DNA from: an uncultured Desulfovibrionales bacterium
GTDB lineage: Bacteria > Desulfobacterota > Desulfovibrionia > Desulfovibrionales > Desulfonatronovibrionaceae
Assembly (NCBI GenBank): GCA_964398785.1
Contig: CAYNNQ010000021.1
Location: 265-32,264 of the forward strand
Direction of reading: 5' to 3'
DNA length: 32,000 nucleotides
How positions within the stretch are numbered: position 1 is the stretch's first letter; each line of letters begins with the position of its first letter. Both the position numbers and the translations under genes were made by a program. The notes beneath the pieces were generated by a model. It was not told the origin of the DNA, did not search any database, and saw only the letters and a list, made by a program, of their open reading frames with translations. Below are positions 15,976 to 25,537 of this stretch, piece by piece.

Positions 15976-17256
15976 ATGGGTAACAGCCGTTCCTCCCATC
16001 TTTTAAAACGAGCCGCATTGGGGTGGTGCCTCTACGACTGGGCCAACTCCGCATTCGCCACAGTGGTCTTAGCGGCGGTCCTTCCAGTTTATTTCGTTGA
16101 TCTCGTCCCCAAAGGGGGGATGCATCTACAGTGGCTGGAACGGCCCGTTTCCGCCTCCACCCTGTGGAGTCTTGGGGTGTCTTTGTCCATGCTCCTCTTA
16201 TTTTTGGCCGCTCCTTATCTCGGGGCCTGGACGGACAGGCACGCAAAACACAGGCAAACGCTCCTTGTCCCCGCCCTGTGCGGATCAGCGGCCACGGCCT
16301 CCCTTTTTTTCGCCAAGGGGCAAATGTATATATTCGCCATTTTGGTCTTCATGCTGGCCAATTGGTGTTTTGCCGCGGCCAACATCGCCTACAATTCCTT
16401 TCTGCCCGCCCTGGCCCGAACCGGAGCGGAAAAGGACAAGCTCTCCGCCCGGGGGTTCGCCCTGGGCTATATCGGCGGCGGACTGGCCCTTTTGGCCGTA
16501 CTCATCATTACTTCCCGATTCCAGGCCCTGGGCTTTTGCACAAAAGGCCAGGCGGTACGCTTCGGCTTCCTTCTGACCGGGCTGTGGTGGGCAATCTTCA
16601 CCCTGCCCGCATATGTAATGCTTAGGCACACCCCGGTTTTTACCCGGCAGACATTCCTGCCCGGGGGCATCACCGGGTATTTGCGCATATTCGGGGAGAT
16701 CCGCGGTTTTCCGAGGCTGTTTCGTTTTTTGATAGCCTATCTTTTCTATAACGACGGCATCCAGACCATTATCGCGGTCTCCGCGGTTTTCGCCCGGGAG
16801 GAAATAGGCCTGGAGACGTCCTCCATTCTGGGCGCCTTTTTGATGGTCCAGTTCCTGGCCGCCCCGGGAGCGCTCATGTTCGGATATATCGCGCAGAGAA
16901 CGGGGGCCAAGAACGCCCTTTTACTGTCCGTTCTCGTATTCATGGGGGTCACGGTCTTTGCCTTTGTCCTTAAAACAAATCTGCAGTTCTGGATCATGGC
17001 CGGGGTTGTCGCCCTGGTTCTCGGCGGGAGCCAGGCCGCCTCCAGATCCCTGTACGCATCTCTTTTGCCCCGGGACAGGTACGCGGAGTTCTTCGGGTTC
17101 TACGCCATGAGCTCCAAGCTGTCCTCGATTTTCGGACCGTTCGTGTTCGGGGGTATGGCCTTTCTGACCGGATCAATACGGGGCGGGATATTGAGCCTGG
17201 TTCTTTTTTTTATAATCGGCGGGGCCGTTCTTCTGGGGCTTAAGACCCGGGACTGA
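15976..17256 (+). CDS. MFS transporter, UMF1/Atg22-like
   Basis: 426 aa, multiple hydrophobic segments; N-terminal LGWCLYDWANSAFATVVLAAVLPVYF is typical of the UMF1/Atg22-like family; GGSQAASRSLYASLLPRDRYAEFFGFY. Confidence 0.88.
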   Translation: MGNSRSSHLLKRAALGWCLYDWANSAFATVVLAAVLPVYFVDLVPKGGMHLQWLERPVSASTLWSLGVSLSMLLLFLAAPYLGAWTDRHAKHRQTLLVPALCGSAATASLFFAKGQMYIFAILVFMLANWCFAAANIAYNSFLPALARTGAEKDKLSARGFALGYIGGGLALLAVLIITSRFQALGFCTKGQAVRFGFLLTGLWWAIFTLPAYVMLRHTPVFTRQTFLPGGITGYLRIFGEIRGFPRLFRFLIAYLFYNDGIQTIIAVSAVFAREEIGLETSSILGAFLMVQFLAAPGALMFGYIAQRTGAKNALLLSVLVFMGVTVFAFVLKTNLQFWIMAGVVALVLGGSQAASRSLYASLLPRDRYAEFFGFYAMSSKLSSIFGPFVFGGMAFLTGSIRGGILSLVLFFIIGGAVLLGLKTRD

Positions 17257-17268
17257 TGGAATCCGGCC

Positions 17269-20200
17269 TCAGACCTCGCGCCAGGCGCTTATCAATGGGA
17301 AATAAAGCCCGGTTCTGACCGGCATGTCCGGCTCCATCTCCCGGAAAAGGCGGGCATAGGCCGCGAGCTGATCTTGGTAGCGCCGGACCTCGGCCCGGAT
17401 AAAGTTTTCCCGGTCCCCGGTGGGAACGGATGTCTTGTAATCCACGATCCAGCGGGTGCCTTTTGCATCAATAAAAGTCCGGTCTATGACCGCGCTTATC
17501 AGCTTGTTCTCCACAACCCCGGTCAGACCGTACTCGGACCGGGCGCTTTGCCGCGGCCGCAATATCCATTGCCCGACGGGATCATTCACGGTGTTTTCCA
17601 GGGCCCTTATTACCATACGCCCGGCCTCCTGCATCTCCGAGCCCGGGACCCCCAACGCGGCCAGGCGATTGGCGATCTTATTTCCCAGACCTTTTACGCG
17701 CTCGGCGGACCAGTTTTCCGTTCCATCCCGGCTCACGGCCTGCAAAAATTCATGGACAACCGTGCCCACATGGCGTCTGAAATCATAAAGCCCGCCTTCC
17801 TCTTCGCCGCCCGAGGACGGGGACTCCCCATGCTCTTCCAAGGCGCCGGGGGACAAGCCGGCGTTTATTTGCAAAAGACTCCAGTCCGGGGAGAGATAGC
17901 GCAGGCGGTTGGCTTTTTTTCGGTCTTCCGCGGTTTCCGTGCCTTCCCCGCAGGAAGGGCATTGCTCGGCTTCAGCGGCGAAAAACTCCTCGATCCGCCC
18001 CAGGAAACTGTCTTTTTTCCCTATGTTGCCCTTTTCCAGCTTTTCCCGCTCATTCAGGTCGAACTCGGCCAGAAGATGCAGGTTTTTTCTGGCCCGGGTG
18101 GCGGCCACATACAAAAGCCGGCCCAGTTCATTGTCCTTTTTCTGTTTTTTGATATCCCGGATGTATTCGTACACCCTGTTCTCCTCCCGGCCGGGAGCAT
18201 TCAGCGGGGCCAGAAGGAAACGAAAGCCGGGCTCCGGCCGACCGGTTCCGGATACCTCCATCATCTGCACAAGCTCTTTGTGGTCGGGCCGGCCGGTTTT
18301 GTGCATGCCCGGGATTATCACCGTATCGAACTCCAATCCCTTGGACTTGTGCACGGTCATCAAGGAGACCGGGTTGCCCTCGGTGGTCCGGGGCTGGGAA
18401 TACAAGTCGTTCAACGACTCCTCCAGGCGGCCGAAATCGGCAATATCCCCGTTTTGCTCAAAGCCTTCCAGGTGTTTTAAAAAATTGGCCGTATCAAAGA
18501 AGTCGCGCTCCTCTTCCAGACAATCCGGACCGCCCAGATTCAGCCAGACCGTTTCCACCAGCCGGGAGGCCCGCCTCCTGCCCCGCTGCATAAACCCCTC
18601 AATCAATATGGGTGCGGCGCGCGTTAGCCTTTGCCCTCCCTCCGGACTCAAATAAGAGAAATCCCCTTCGGCCAGTACGTCCGCAACGCAGCCGGATTCC
18701 GGGCACTTTTGGCAAACCCGGGTCAGATCGGCCAGATCCAGGCCGCACCACGGGGCGCGCAAGACCGAAACCCAGGCCAGATCATCGGCCGGGTTGGCCA
18801 GGGCCCGGGCCAGGCAAAAAAGGTCCAGGACAGGCTGCCTTTCCTGCAAAGGCTCGATATCCACGGCCTGAACCCCGATGCCCTCCCTGTCCAAAAGCCT
18901 GGAAATCTCCCGGAGATGGCCGCGGCTGCGGACCAAAACGGCCACGCTCCCCAGGGGATTTTCCCGCCTGCACTCGCGGATTATCTCCAGCGCCCTTTGC
19001 GCCTCGGCCCGCCCCCCGCTTTCCGGCAAGAGGTGCAGGCCCACCTCGCCTTTTTCCCGGATGTGCTCTTGCATGGCCGAATAGCGGACCGCCCCGGTCA
19101 CCGGATCCTCCAAGGCCTGGAACACGTCCGGAAAGACCCTGTTCACCCAGTCGACAACATCCCCGGCGGACCGGAAATTCACAGTAAGGTAGCGGGGCAA
19201 TGGATGCACATCCGCAATCCCGTACGCGCGGCAATTCTGGAAGATGCCCACTTCGGCATTGCGAAAGCCGTAAATGGACTGCATGGGATCGCCGACCAGA
19301 AAAAGGGTTCTCCCGTCCCCGGGCTGCCAGCCGGAAAGCAGGGTGGAAATTATTTTCTGCTGGACAATGCTCGTATCCTGATATTCATCCACCAAGAGAT
19401 GATTTATGCGGTAGTCCAATTGCAACAAAAGATCCGTGGGGTTATCCGGGTCGCCCAAAGAATCCAGGGCGAACTCGGTCACCTGGGTGTAATCCACCTT
19501 ACCCTCGGCCTGCATGACCAGATACAGATGGGCCAGGGAACGCTTGAGCACCCGGATAAGGGCGACCAGAAGCTCCCAATCCGCATCCATGTATGCGGTG
19601 TCCGGCAGTTTTTTAAGCCCATGCAGGGCCGAACGCAGGGAATGGCTATGGGCCAAATTTTCCAGCACCTTTTTGTATTCCTGCTTATATTCTTTCGCCC
19701 TTTCCTTTTCCTCTGCGGAGGTAAAACTCCCCGGAGGTGGAAAGCCCTGTTTCACATTCACCTGTTTGCGCCAGCCTCCGGACTCGGTCAGAAGAAATTT
19801 TCTCCACTTTTGCCACTCCAAAGAATTTGCGGCTGAACAGCCCGGAAAATCCCCGGTTTCCGGCATGTCCAGGTTCCTAGCCGCATAATTGTAAAGCCGC
19901 AAAAGCCGGTCGCGCAGGGAGGCATCAAGATCGGCGAACAGACCACCCACCCGGGCGAGCATATCCTCCACCTGGGATTTGAGTTCTGTTTGCAGGATTT
20001 CCCGGATGCTTTCATCCCCGTGCGCTGCCTTTAAAATCCCCATCCAATGCTCGCGCCGCGAAAGCATGGCCGCGATAAGCCCGGTCAGGCGATTCCAATC
20101 GTTGTCCAGATGCCGCAGCACCCGGGCGAGTTCGGGCCGATCCTCGCGGTCGTTCAGCTCCATGAGCGTATTCAAGGCCGCCTGCTCATACAGGATATAG

Positions 20201-20664
20201 CCGTTTTCAACCACTTCCGGGCGCTTGCCGAAGCCGGAAAGCAAGGGCATCCGCGAACTCAAATAAAAGCAAAAAGAGTCTATGGTCTGAATGCGCAGCC
20301 GATTTGGATTTTCTTGCAGATTCCACTCGAGCTCGCGGTCCCTTTTGTCCACGGCCGCGGCCAGTTCGGCGGTGCGGCGCTTATGCTCCGGGATTTCCCC
20401 GGACGGGGAAGGGTATTCATCGGCCTGGCGCAGGGCGGAGAGTATCCGGCCGCGCATCTCCGCCGCGGCCTTGCGGGTAAAAGTCATGGCCAGGATCTCC
20501 TCCGGCTTTTGGACCTTACCCAAAAGACAGAGGTAGCGCTGAATCAGAAGCTCGGTCTTTCCGGACCCGGCCGGGGCCTGAACAATAAAGCTTTCCCGCG
20601 GATCGAGACATTCCCGGCGTACGTGGGCGTCCTCGGGCTCAGCCATTTGCCGCTCCTCCTTCAT
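17269..20664 (-). CDS. UvrD/RecB-type helicase-nuclease (AddA-like)
   Basis: 1131 aa; Walker A QAPAGSGKTELLIQR, DEYQDTSIVQQ, LVGDPMQSIYGFRNAE, VMTVHKSKGLEFDTVI, C-terminal PD-(D/E)XK-like IDRTFIDAKGTRWIVDYKTS. Confidence 0.92.
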   Translation of the reverse strand: MKEERQMAEPEDAHVRRECLDPRESFIVQAPAGSGKTELLIQRYLCLLGKVQKPEEILAMTFTRKAAAEMRGRILSALRQADEYPSPSGEIPEHKRRTAELAAAVDKRDRELEWNLQENPNRLRIQTIDSFCFYLSSRMPLLSGFGKRPEVVENGYILYEQAALNTLMELNDREDRPELARVLRHLDNDWNRLTGLIAAMLSRREHWMGILKAAHGDESIREILQTELKSQVEDMLARVGGLFADLDASLRDRLLRLYNYAARNLDMPETGDFPGCSAANSLEWQKWRKFLLTESGGWRKQVNVKQGFPPPGSFTSAEEKERAKEYKQEYKKVLENLAHSHSLRSALHGLKKLPDTAYMDADWELLVALIRVLKRSLAHLYLVMQAEGKVDYTQVTEFALDSLGDPDNPTDLLLQLDYRINHLLVDEYQDTSIVQQKIISTLLSGWQPGDGRTLFLVGDPMQSIYGFRNAEVGIFQNCRAYGIADVHPLPRYLTVNFRSAGDVVDWVNRVFPDVFQALEDPVTGAVRYSAMQEHIREKGEVGLHLLPESGGRAEAQRALEIIRECRRENPLGSVAVLVRSRGHLREISRLLDREGIGVQAVDIEPLQERQPVLDLFCLARALANPADDLAWVSVLRAPWCGLDLADLTRVCQKCPESGCVADVLAEGDFSYLSPEGGQRLTRAAPILIEGFMQRGRRRASRLVETVWLNLGGPDCLEEERDFFDTANFLKHLEGFEQNGDIADFGRLEESLNDLYSQPRTTEGNPVSLMTVHKSKGLEFDTVIIPGMHKTGRPDHKELVQMMEVSGTGRPEPGFRFLLAPLNAPGREENRVYEYIRDIKKQKKDNELGRLLYVAATRARKNLHLLAEFDLNEREKLEKGNIGKKDSFLGRIEEFFAAEAEQCPSCGEGTETAEDRKKANRLRYLSPDWSLLQINAGLSPGALEEHGESPSSGGEEEGGLYDFRRHVGTVVHEFLQAVSRDGTENWSAERVKGLGNKIANRLAALGVPGSEMQEAGRMVIRALENTVNDPVGQWILRPRQSARSEYGLTGVVENKLISAVIDRTFIDAKGTRWIVDYKTSVPTGDRENFIRAEVRRYQDQLAAYARLFREMEPDMPVRTGLYFPLISAWREV

Positions 20665-23380
20665 GACCAGGATTGTCGCCGTCCAAATCCCCCGGGAGCA
20701 GGGATTCGTTTATCCGGCACAAGGACTTCAAACGGCAGCGCCGACAGGAAAAGGCATATCCCGAGGCCTGCACGGGATCGGCCGGGCCGTAGCCGGACTT
20801 TATCTCTTTTGCCAGCTGTTCGAGCTTCTCCTTCCAGCGCTCAAGGACTTCCTCCATGCCCTTGTATCCGAATTCGCGCACGGTTTTGATTTTCCCCCCG
20901 GGGGACAGCTCGTCCCTACTCTCCGCTATCCCGGAAAACTCCATTTTTCCGGGGTTTACCCGGGCCACGCACACGCCCGCCAGCTCCTTGCCGGACATAT
21001 TCACGGCATAAACCGGCAGTTGCGGTTCTATCATCCGCTCTTCCATCCACATGACCGAGGGCGAGGGGAGGTTCATTCCGGTTTTGTAATCAATCAGGAG
21101 CATGGCCCCGGACTCGAGTGCATCCGCCCGGTCGGAGCGCACTCTGACCCGGAGGCCGGCTATTGAGACCGTCTCCCTTTCCTCCAGGCTGTGGACCCGG
21201 AAAAAAGGCCTGCTTTTTTCCAGCTCCAGCCAATTAAGAAGAACATCCTTCAGCCGCAGGGCCTCGAGGCGCATATATTTTTTGGTCCGCACCAGGCTTT
21301 CCGGCCTAACCCAAAGCATGGCGGTCCGCTCCGCGGCTTCCAAAACCAGGCGGGAAAGCTCGTCCCCGCTCATCTCCAGAAGCTCGTCCCGGGAACTCAA
21401 ATCCTGCCACAAAGTCAAAAGCGCCCGGTGAACCATCTCCCCCCTCTCCGCGGGCCCGAGCCCCGGAACCGGAGTTTGCGGCTCTTCCGTTTTCAGGCGG
21501 GCTTGCGCGTATCCCTTGAACGGACAGACCGCCTGGGCGCTGAACATGCCCGTCCCTCCCTCCGGCGCGGACTGGGCAAGAGGAAGACCGTGGACGTCAA
21601 GGCTCTCTTCTACTGCGCCGCCTTGCCGCGCCTGCCGCCAAAGGCCGGGTTCCCGCGCATGTGCCGAAACCTCCTGCGGATCGATTTGCGGCAAATGGTT
21701 TATAAACGGGCTGGGCATGATCTGTGTATCTTCTTCGGCCCGGGGATGGGTGCAGATTATTTCCCCGGCCGCAAAGCGCATATTTTCCCAAATACGCTCG
21801 GCCATTTCCAGTTCGCGCTCCGGACATGATCCGGGCAGAAAAAGACGCCTCTGGTCCCTGACGGGGATAAACGGATCCGGGTCAGCCCTTGCGGGCAAAA
21901 CGTCCGCGCTCATACCGGCCAGCCAGATCTTGTCCAGCACCTGTCCGGCGGCCTCGAAAATTCCCATGACCTGAATCCCGGCCGAAGGGGAGCGGGGCTG
22001 AAAAATGCGCTCCGCCAGGATGCGCCGCAGATAGTCCAGGGCGCCCGGATAATCCGTGCGGGGGCAAACCGTGTCCATACCGGCCAGTTCGGACAAGACT
22101 TCCCGAAAGGCGCGAACGGCCTGATATTCCGTGCTGGTAAGCGTGCGATCCCCGGGCCAGCCCCAGGCCTGCAGGATGGAAGCAAAAACGTTTGCCCACT
22201 CCCCCGGGGCCATGCTTTGCGCAACACCTTTCAAAACCTCCCCGGCCGAGCGCATGCAGGAGGCGAATTTAAGGCATTTACCCATTTTTTCCGCCTCGGC
22301 CAGTTTGCCTTCCAGCATTGCGGACTTTATGCGGTATTCCCGCTTATCCCGGATCTCCCGGTCCAGAACGGCCCGGGCGGAGAGCTCCTCTTCCCCGCAG
22401 ATAAAGGGAGAAACAAGAATCCGGCTCACATCGGCCGCGTCCAGGTTCTTCTTATAGGAGACTTGCAGTAGAAGGCAGGCGTGATCCACTATTTGGTACC
22501 CGGCCAGGGGAGTGCCCATGGAGACATTATAGGCCGGTGCGCTGGCCGGGACATGAGAAAGCACCCTTTCCGGATGCAAAGTGCGGTCAAATATCCGCAC
22601 CACCCGGCTGCGGGCCCTTTCCAGGTCGGGAACGATCACCGCGACCTTGGATGCCCGGCCATTGCCGATCTCGTTTTTGGCCCAGGCCGCGGCCGCTTCA
22701 AGCTCTTGGTCCGGATCGGCAAAGCTAAGCCGGCTCATGTTTCCCTCTTCCCGGCTCCGGACAAGACTGTAAAGCCGACTCGATTTTTGATGGAAAACGG
22801 AAAAAACACGCTCCTGCGAGGGATCGAATTCCAGAAAGCCGCAGACAATCACCTCCTCGGGGATAAGCTCCGCTTTTTCCCACAAAAGATCGGACATGTA
22901 CCAGGCAAGCGCGCTCTGCTCCAGCCAGTTTTGCTCCGCGCATTCGGCCATGAACGCTTCCGCCCAGGAGACAAACGCCTCGCTCTCCCTGTCCCCCTCC
23001 GGGTGCATATCTTTCGGGGCGAGTCCCCATCTGCGGCAAAGCACCCAGGAGCGGCGGGCCATACGGGCCAGATCCCGGGAGGGGAAAAGTGTCCGCGGGG
23101 GGCGTTCTTCTATTATTTTTTCCCAGATGATGAGTTCCTGACCCGGAGAAAGGAGAAATGGCAGATCATTTTCCAGGCAGAGCCGGGAATAAAGCCCTTG
23201 CAGCCAGGAAGAAAGGGGCATGATGGCCGGAGTTTCCCAGGTATACGCCCCGCCGTGGCGCTTATATCCGGCATAAAGAGCGCTTAAGTCCCGGGCCAGC
23301 CGATTGTTCGAGGTCAGGACAAGGGCCCCGTTTTCCAGTTTCTCCCAAGCCTGTCTTTCTTCAATCTGGCTAAAATCCAC
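20639..23380 (-). CDS. AddB-like PD-(D/E)XK nuclease family protein
   Basis: 913 aa; nuclease motif ALESGAMLLIDYKTG; C-terminal cysteines (CVARV...YAFSCRRCRLKSLCR) compatible with an Fe-S nuclease domain; overlaps the AddA-like gene. Confidence 0.82.
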   Translation of the reverse strand: MDFSQIEERQAWEKLENGALVLTSNNRLARDLSALYAGYKRHGGAYTWETPAIMPLSSWLQGLYSRLCLENDLPFLLSPGQELIIWEKIIEERPPRTLFPSRDLARMARRSWVLCRRWGLAPKDMHPEGDRESEAFVSWAEAFMAECAEQNWLEQSALAWYMSDLLWEKAELIPEEVIVCGFLEFDPSQERVFSVFHQKSSRLYSLVRSREEGNMSRLSFADPDQELEAAAAWAKNEIGNGRASKVAVIVPDLERARSRVVRIFDRTLHPERVLSHVPASAPAYNVSMGTPLAGYQIVDHACLLLQVSYKKNLDAADVSRILVSPFICGEEELSARAVLDREIRDKREYRIKSAMLEGKLAEAEKMGKCLKFASCMRSAGEVLKGVAQSMAPGEWANVFASILQAWGWPGDRTLTSTEYQAVRAFREVLSELAGMDTVCPRTDYPGALDYLRRILAERIFQPRSPSAGIQVMGIFEAAGQVLDKIWLAGMSADVLPARADPDPFIPVRDQRRLFLPGSCPERELEMAERIWENMRFAAGEIICTHPRAEEDTQIMPSPFINHLPQIDPQEVSAHAREPGLWRQARQGGAVEESLDVHGLPLAQSAPEGGTGMFSAQAVCPFKGYAQARLKTEEPQTPVPGLGPAERGEMVHRALLTLWQDLSSRDELLEMSGDELSRLVLEAAERTAMLWVRPESLVRTKKYMRLEALRLKDVLLNWLELEKSRPFFRVHSLEERETVSIAGLRVRVRSDRADALESGAMLLIDYKTGMNLPSPSVMWMEERMIEPQLPVYAVNMSGKELAGVCVARVNPGKMEFSGIAESRDELSPGGKIKTVREFGYKGMEEVLERWKEKLEQLAKEIKSGYGPADPVQASGYAFSCRRCRLKSLCRINESLLPGDLDGDNPGHEGGAANG

Positions 23381-23520
23381 GAAAAGCCCCGCCTGGTTCT
23401 GATGCCCAAAAAAATGGCCTCACATAAATCCGGGCAAAATTTTGTTGCCAGGAAGCTGCAAGTAACAATTAATGCGCTGAGTTTAAATGTTTTTATTAAA
23501 AATCATTGAGTTGCCGTTGC

Positions 23521-23634
23521 GATAATCCAAATCGAAATCGGGATCGCTATCGAAATCCAAGGAATATGCCATTCGGTGCAGGAGGAACCCTCGGCTTATG
23601 GGGTCGATTCCGATCCCGATAGCGATTCCGACCC
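23521..23634. repeat. Degenerate inverted intergenic repeats (ATCGGGATCGCTATCG / CGATCCCGATAGCGAT)
   Basis: ATCCAAATCGAAATCGGGATCGCTATCGAAATCC near 23525-23558 and GTCGATTCCGATCCCGATAGCGATTCCGACCC near 23603-23634; partly complementary and built from tandem 6-mers. Confidence 0.6.
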
Positions 23635-23848
23635 TGAACAAAGAAACCCCAAACCGATGCACCGCGCACTTTTGCTTCACGCCAGTGAACCTGCCCGTGG
23701 TTACTTTCTGGATCCCTGATCGGGGTCCGGGACAGGGATGACGGGAGGTGGGGAGGCCGGATTAGTCGGCCCATTCCTAACCGTGCGGATTTCTCTCTCC
23801 CGTCATCCGGCATCCTGGAGATTGCCATGCCGGGATGCATAATCGAAT

Positions 23849-24775
23849 TTACGCATCACCCCCGTCAAAAGTCCCCTCGTTTATCTTCTTGTCCAGGACG
23901 GAAAGCTCGAACGGCTTGCTGGCCTCGCCGAAATAGACCGTGGTATGCGGGAAGGGTATCTCGATGCCCTTTTCGTCGAAGAGCATCTTTACCCGGCGCA
24001 AGAATTCCCGGCCCACCTTCCATTGCATGATGGGCTTGGTCTTGATCCTGCCCTTGACCTCCACCCCGGAGTCACCCAGCTTGTTCAGGCCGAAGACCTC
24101 CACGTCCTCCAGGATGAGTTGTCCGTACTCCTGGTCCTGGCGCAGCTCCGAGCCCACCGTGTGGAGAAGCTCCACAACCCGATCCACATCTTCCTTGTAC
24201 GCCACCTGAATCTCGAATACATATGCCGACCATTCATTGGTCATATTGCTCAGGGTGGAAATGACACCGTTGGGGAAAATATGCACCACGCCGGACAGAT
24301 CGCGCAGCACGGTGGTCCGGAAATTGATCCGCTCCACCACTCCTCCGGTTCCGTTAACTATGGCCACATCCCCGACCCGGATCTGATTCTCCAGGGTGAG
24401 GAAAAAACCGGAAATAACGTCCCGAACCAAATTCTGGGCACCGAAGCCCACGGCCAGGCCCAGGATACCGGCACCAGCCAAAATAGGGCCAATCTTGATA
24501 CCCACCTGATCAAAGATAATCAGGATAAAGACAGCCCACAACAGGACTACCGCGCCCTGACGGATAAGGCGCATCAGGGTCTGAATCCGCTTGGAAGCCT
24601 CGGTGGGGACGTCCCCGTCCGGGACCTGTTTATGCATAAGATGCTTTTCCAGGCGGCCCAATAAACGTCGGAGCAGGAAATGGGCAACTACAGCCAGGAC
24701 AAGAGTCACTCCCACCCTAACGAGTATTTGCAAAATATCCATCCACTCCACTTGGGCAAACAAGTCATTTACCAT
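23849..24775 (-). CDS. Mechanosensitive ion channel, MscS family
   Basis: 308 aa; ILAGAGILGLAVGFGAQNLVRDVISGFFLTLENQIRVGDV is a classic MscS pore/beta domain signature. Confidence 0.95.
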   Translation of the reverse strand: MVNDLFAQVEWMDILQILVRVGVTLVLAVVAHFLLRRLLGRLEKHLMHKQVPDGDVPTEASKRIQTLMRLIRQGAVVLLWAVFILIIFDQVGIKIGPILAGAGILGLAVGFGAQNLVRDVISGFFLTLENQIRVGDVAIVNGTGGVVERINFRTTVLRDLSGVVHIFPNGVISTLSNMTNEWSAYVFEIQVAYKEDVDRVVELLHTVGSELRQDQEYGQLILEDVEVFGLNKLGDSGVEVKGRIKTKPIMQWKVGREFLRRVKMLFDEKGIEIPFPHTTVYFGEASKPFELSVLDKKINEGTFDGGDA

Positions 24776-24790
24776 GATTTCTCCTTTTAC

Positions 24791-25537
24791 TCATATATCC
24801 GGCTTGGCCTCTGTCTGGAAAGCCATCAATGGGGTCTGCAAAGGTTTCTTGTTCAAGATATCCACCCGCATGCCTATGAATGCACCCATAAAAGGGGGCA
24901 AAATCACATTGCCGAGTTTAGTATTGATCCTTTTTTCGGTCCACATAATAGGGGGAGTAGCCAGAACAGACCTGGAATAGATATCCTTGACCCCCAAAAC
25001 CCGGCGCAGGAGCAAGACCATCTCCAGCCAGGTATACCAATTGGCCTGGCGTAATGTGCTTTTGGGGCTCTTTTTCCCGCGTCTTCCGGAAAGCAGATAA
25101 TGCAGGGAGTGGCGATTCAGAAAGGCTATAAACAATTCCTTGCGGCTGACCCGAAAGGCCTCGCTCAGGACAGCCTCCGGATCGGAACAAAACTCCAAAA
25201 CGGTGATTAGGGCGGAAAAATCGAACTCCTTGTCCTCAAAAGGGAGATGCTCTCCGGCCGCCAAATGCAAGTCCGCCCTCTCCCCTATTCTTTGCCTGGC
25301 CCGTGCGAGCATTTCCGAGGAATTATCCACTCCGGTAACATCAAAACCAGCCTCCCAGAACATCTCCAAAAACACCCCGGTGCCACAGCCAATCTCCAAC
25401 AGGGACTGCTTGCGCCTGGGCCAAAAGGATATAAGGTGCTGCAGCAAACGCTTTTCCCGGGCCAGGGCAAAGGAGCCCTCTGCGGACTGTACCCAACTGT
25501 CGTACCTGCGTGCAGATTCCCGGGACCAGTGCATCAA
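24791..25537 (-). CDS. Class I SAM-dependent methyltransferase
   Basis: 248 aa; [36 protein letters not shown]. Confidence 0.88.
   Translation of the reverse strand: MMHWSRESARRYDSWVQSAEGSFALAREKRLLQHLISFWPRRKQSLLEIGCGTGVFLEMFWEAGFDVTGVDNSSEMLARARQRIGERADLHLAAGEHLPFEDKEFDFSALITVLEFCSDPEAVLSEAFRVSRKELFIAFLNRHSLHYLLSGRRGKKSPKSTLRQANWYTWLEMVLLLRRVLGVKDIYSRSVLATPPIMWTEKRINTKLGNVILPPFMGAFIGMRVDILNKKPLQTPLMAFQTEAKPDI

Noticed and set aside
15728-16006. 92-aa plus-strand ORF before the MFS gene (also 15733..15999 minus)
   Set aside because: Sits in the RRM/MFS intergenic region, overlaps the MFS start and an opposite ORF, and has no domain signal.
15976-17256. MFS transporter considered as the product exporter of the biosynthetic locus
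   Set aside because: Its UMF1/Atg22-like signature suggests an ordinary transporter, and it is separated from the cluster by the RRM gene and a terminator; no evidence of coupling.
18631-19836. 401-aa plus-strand ORF, with 17374..18480 and 20047..20889, opposite the AddA-like gene
   Set aside because: Antisense shadow ORFs rich in Gly/Pro/His/Gln without recognisable domains, covering a conserved helicase.
23547-23840. 97-aa minus-strand ORF upstream of the AddB-like gene end
   Set aside because: Lies wholly within repeat-like intergenic sequence; peptide has no recognisable features.
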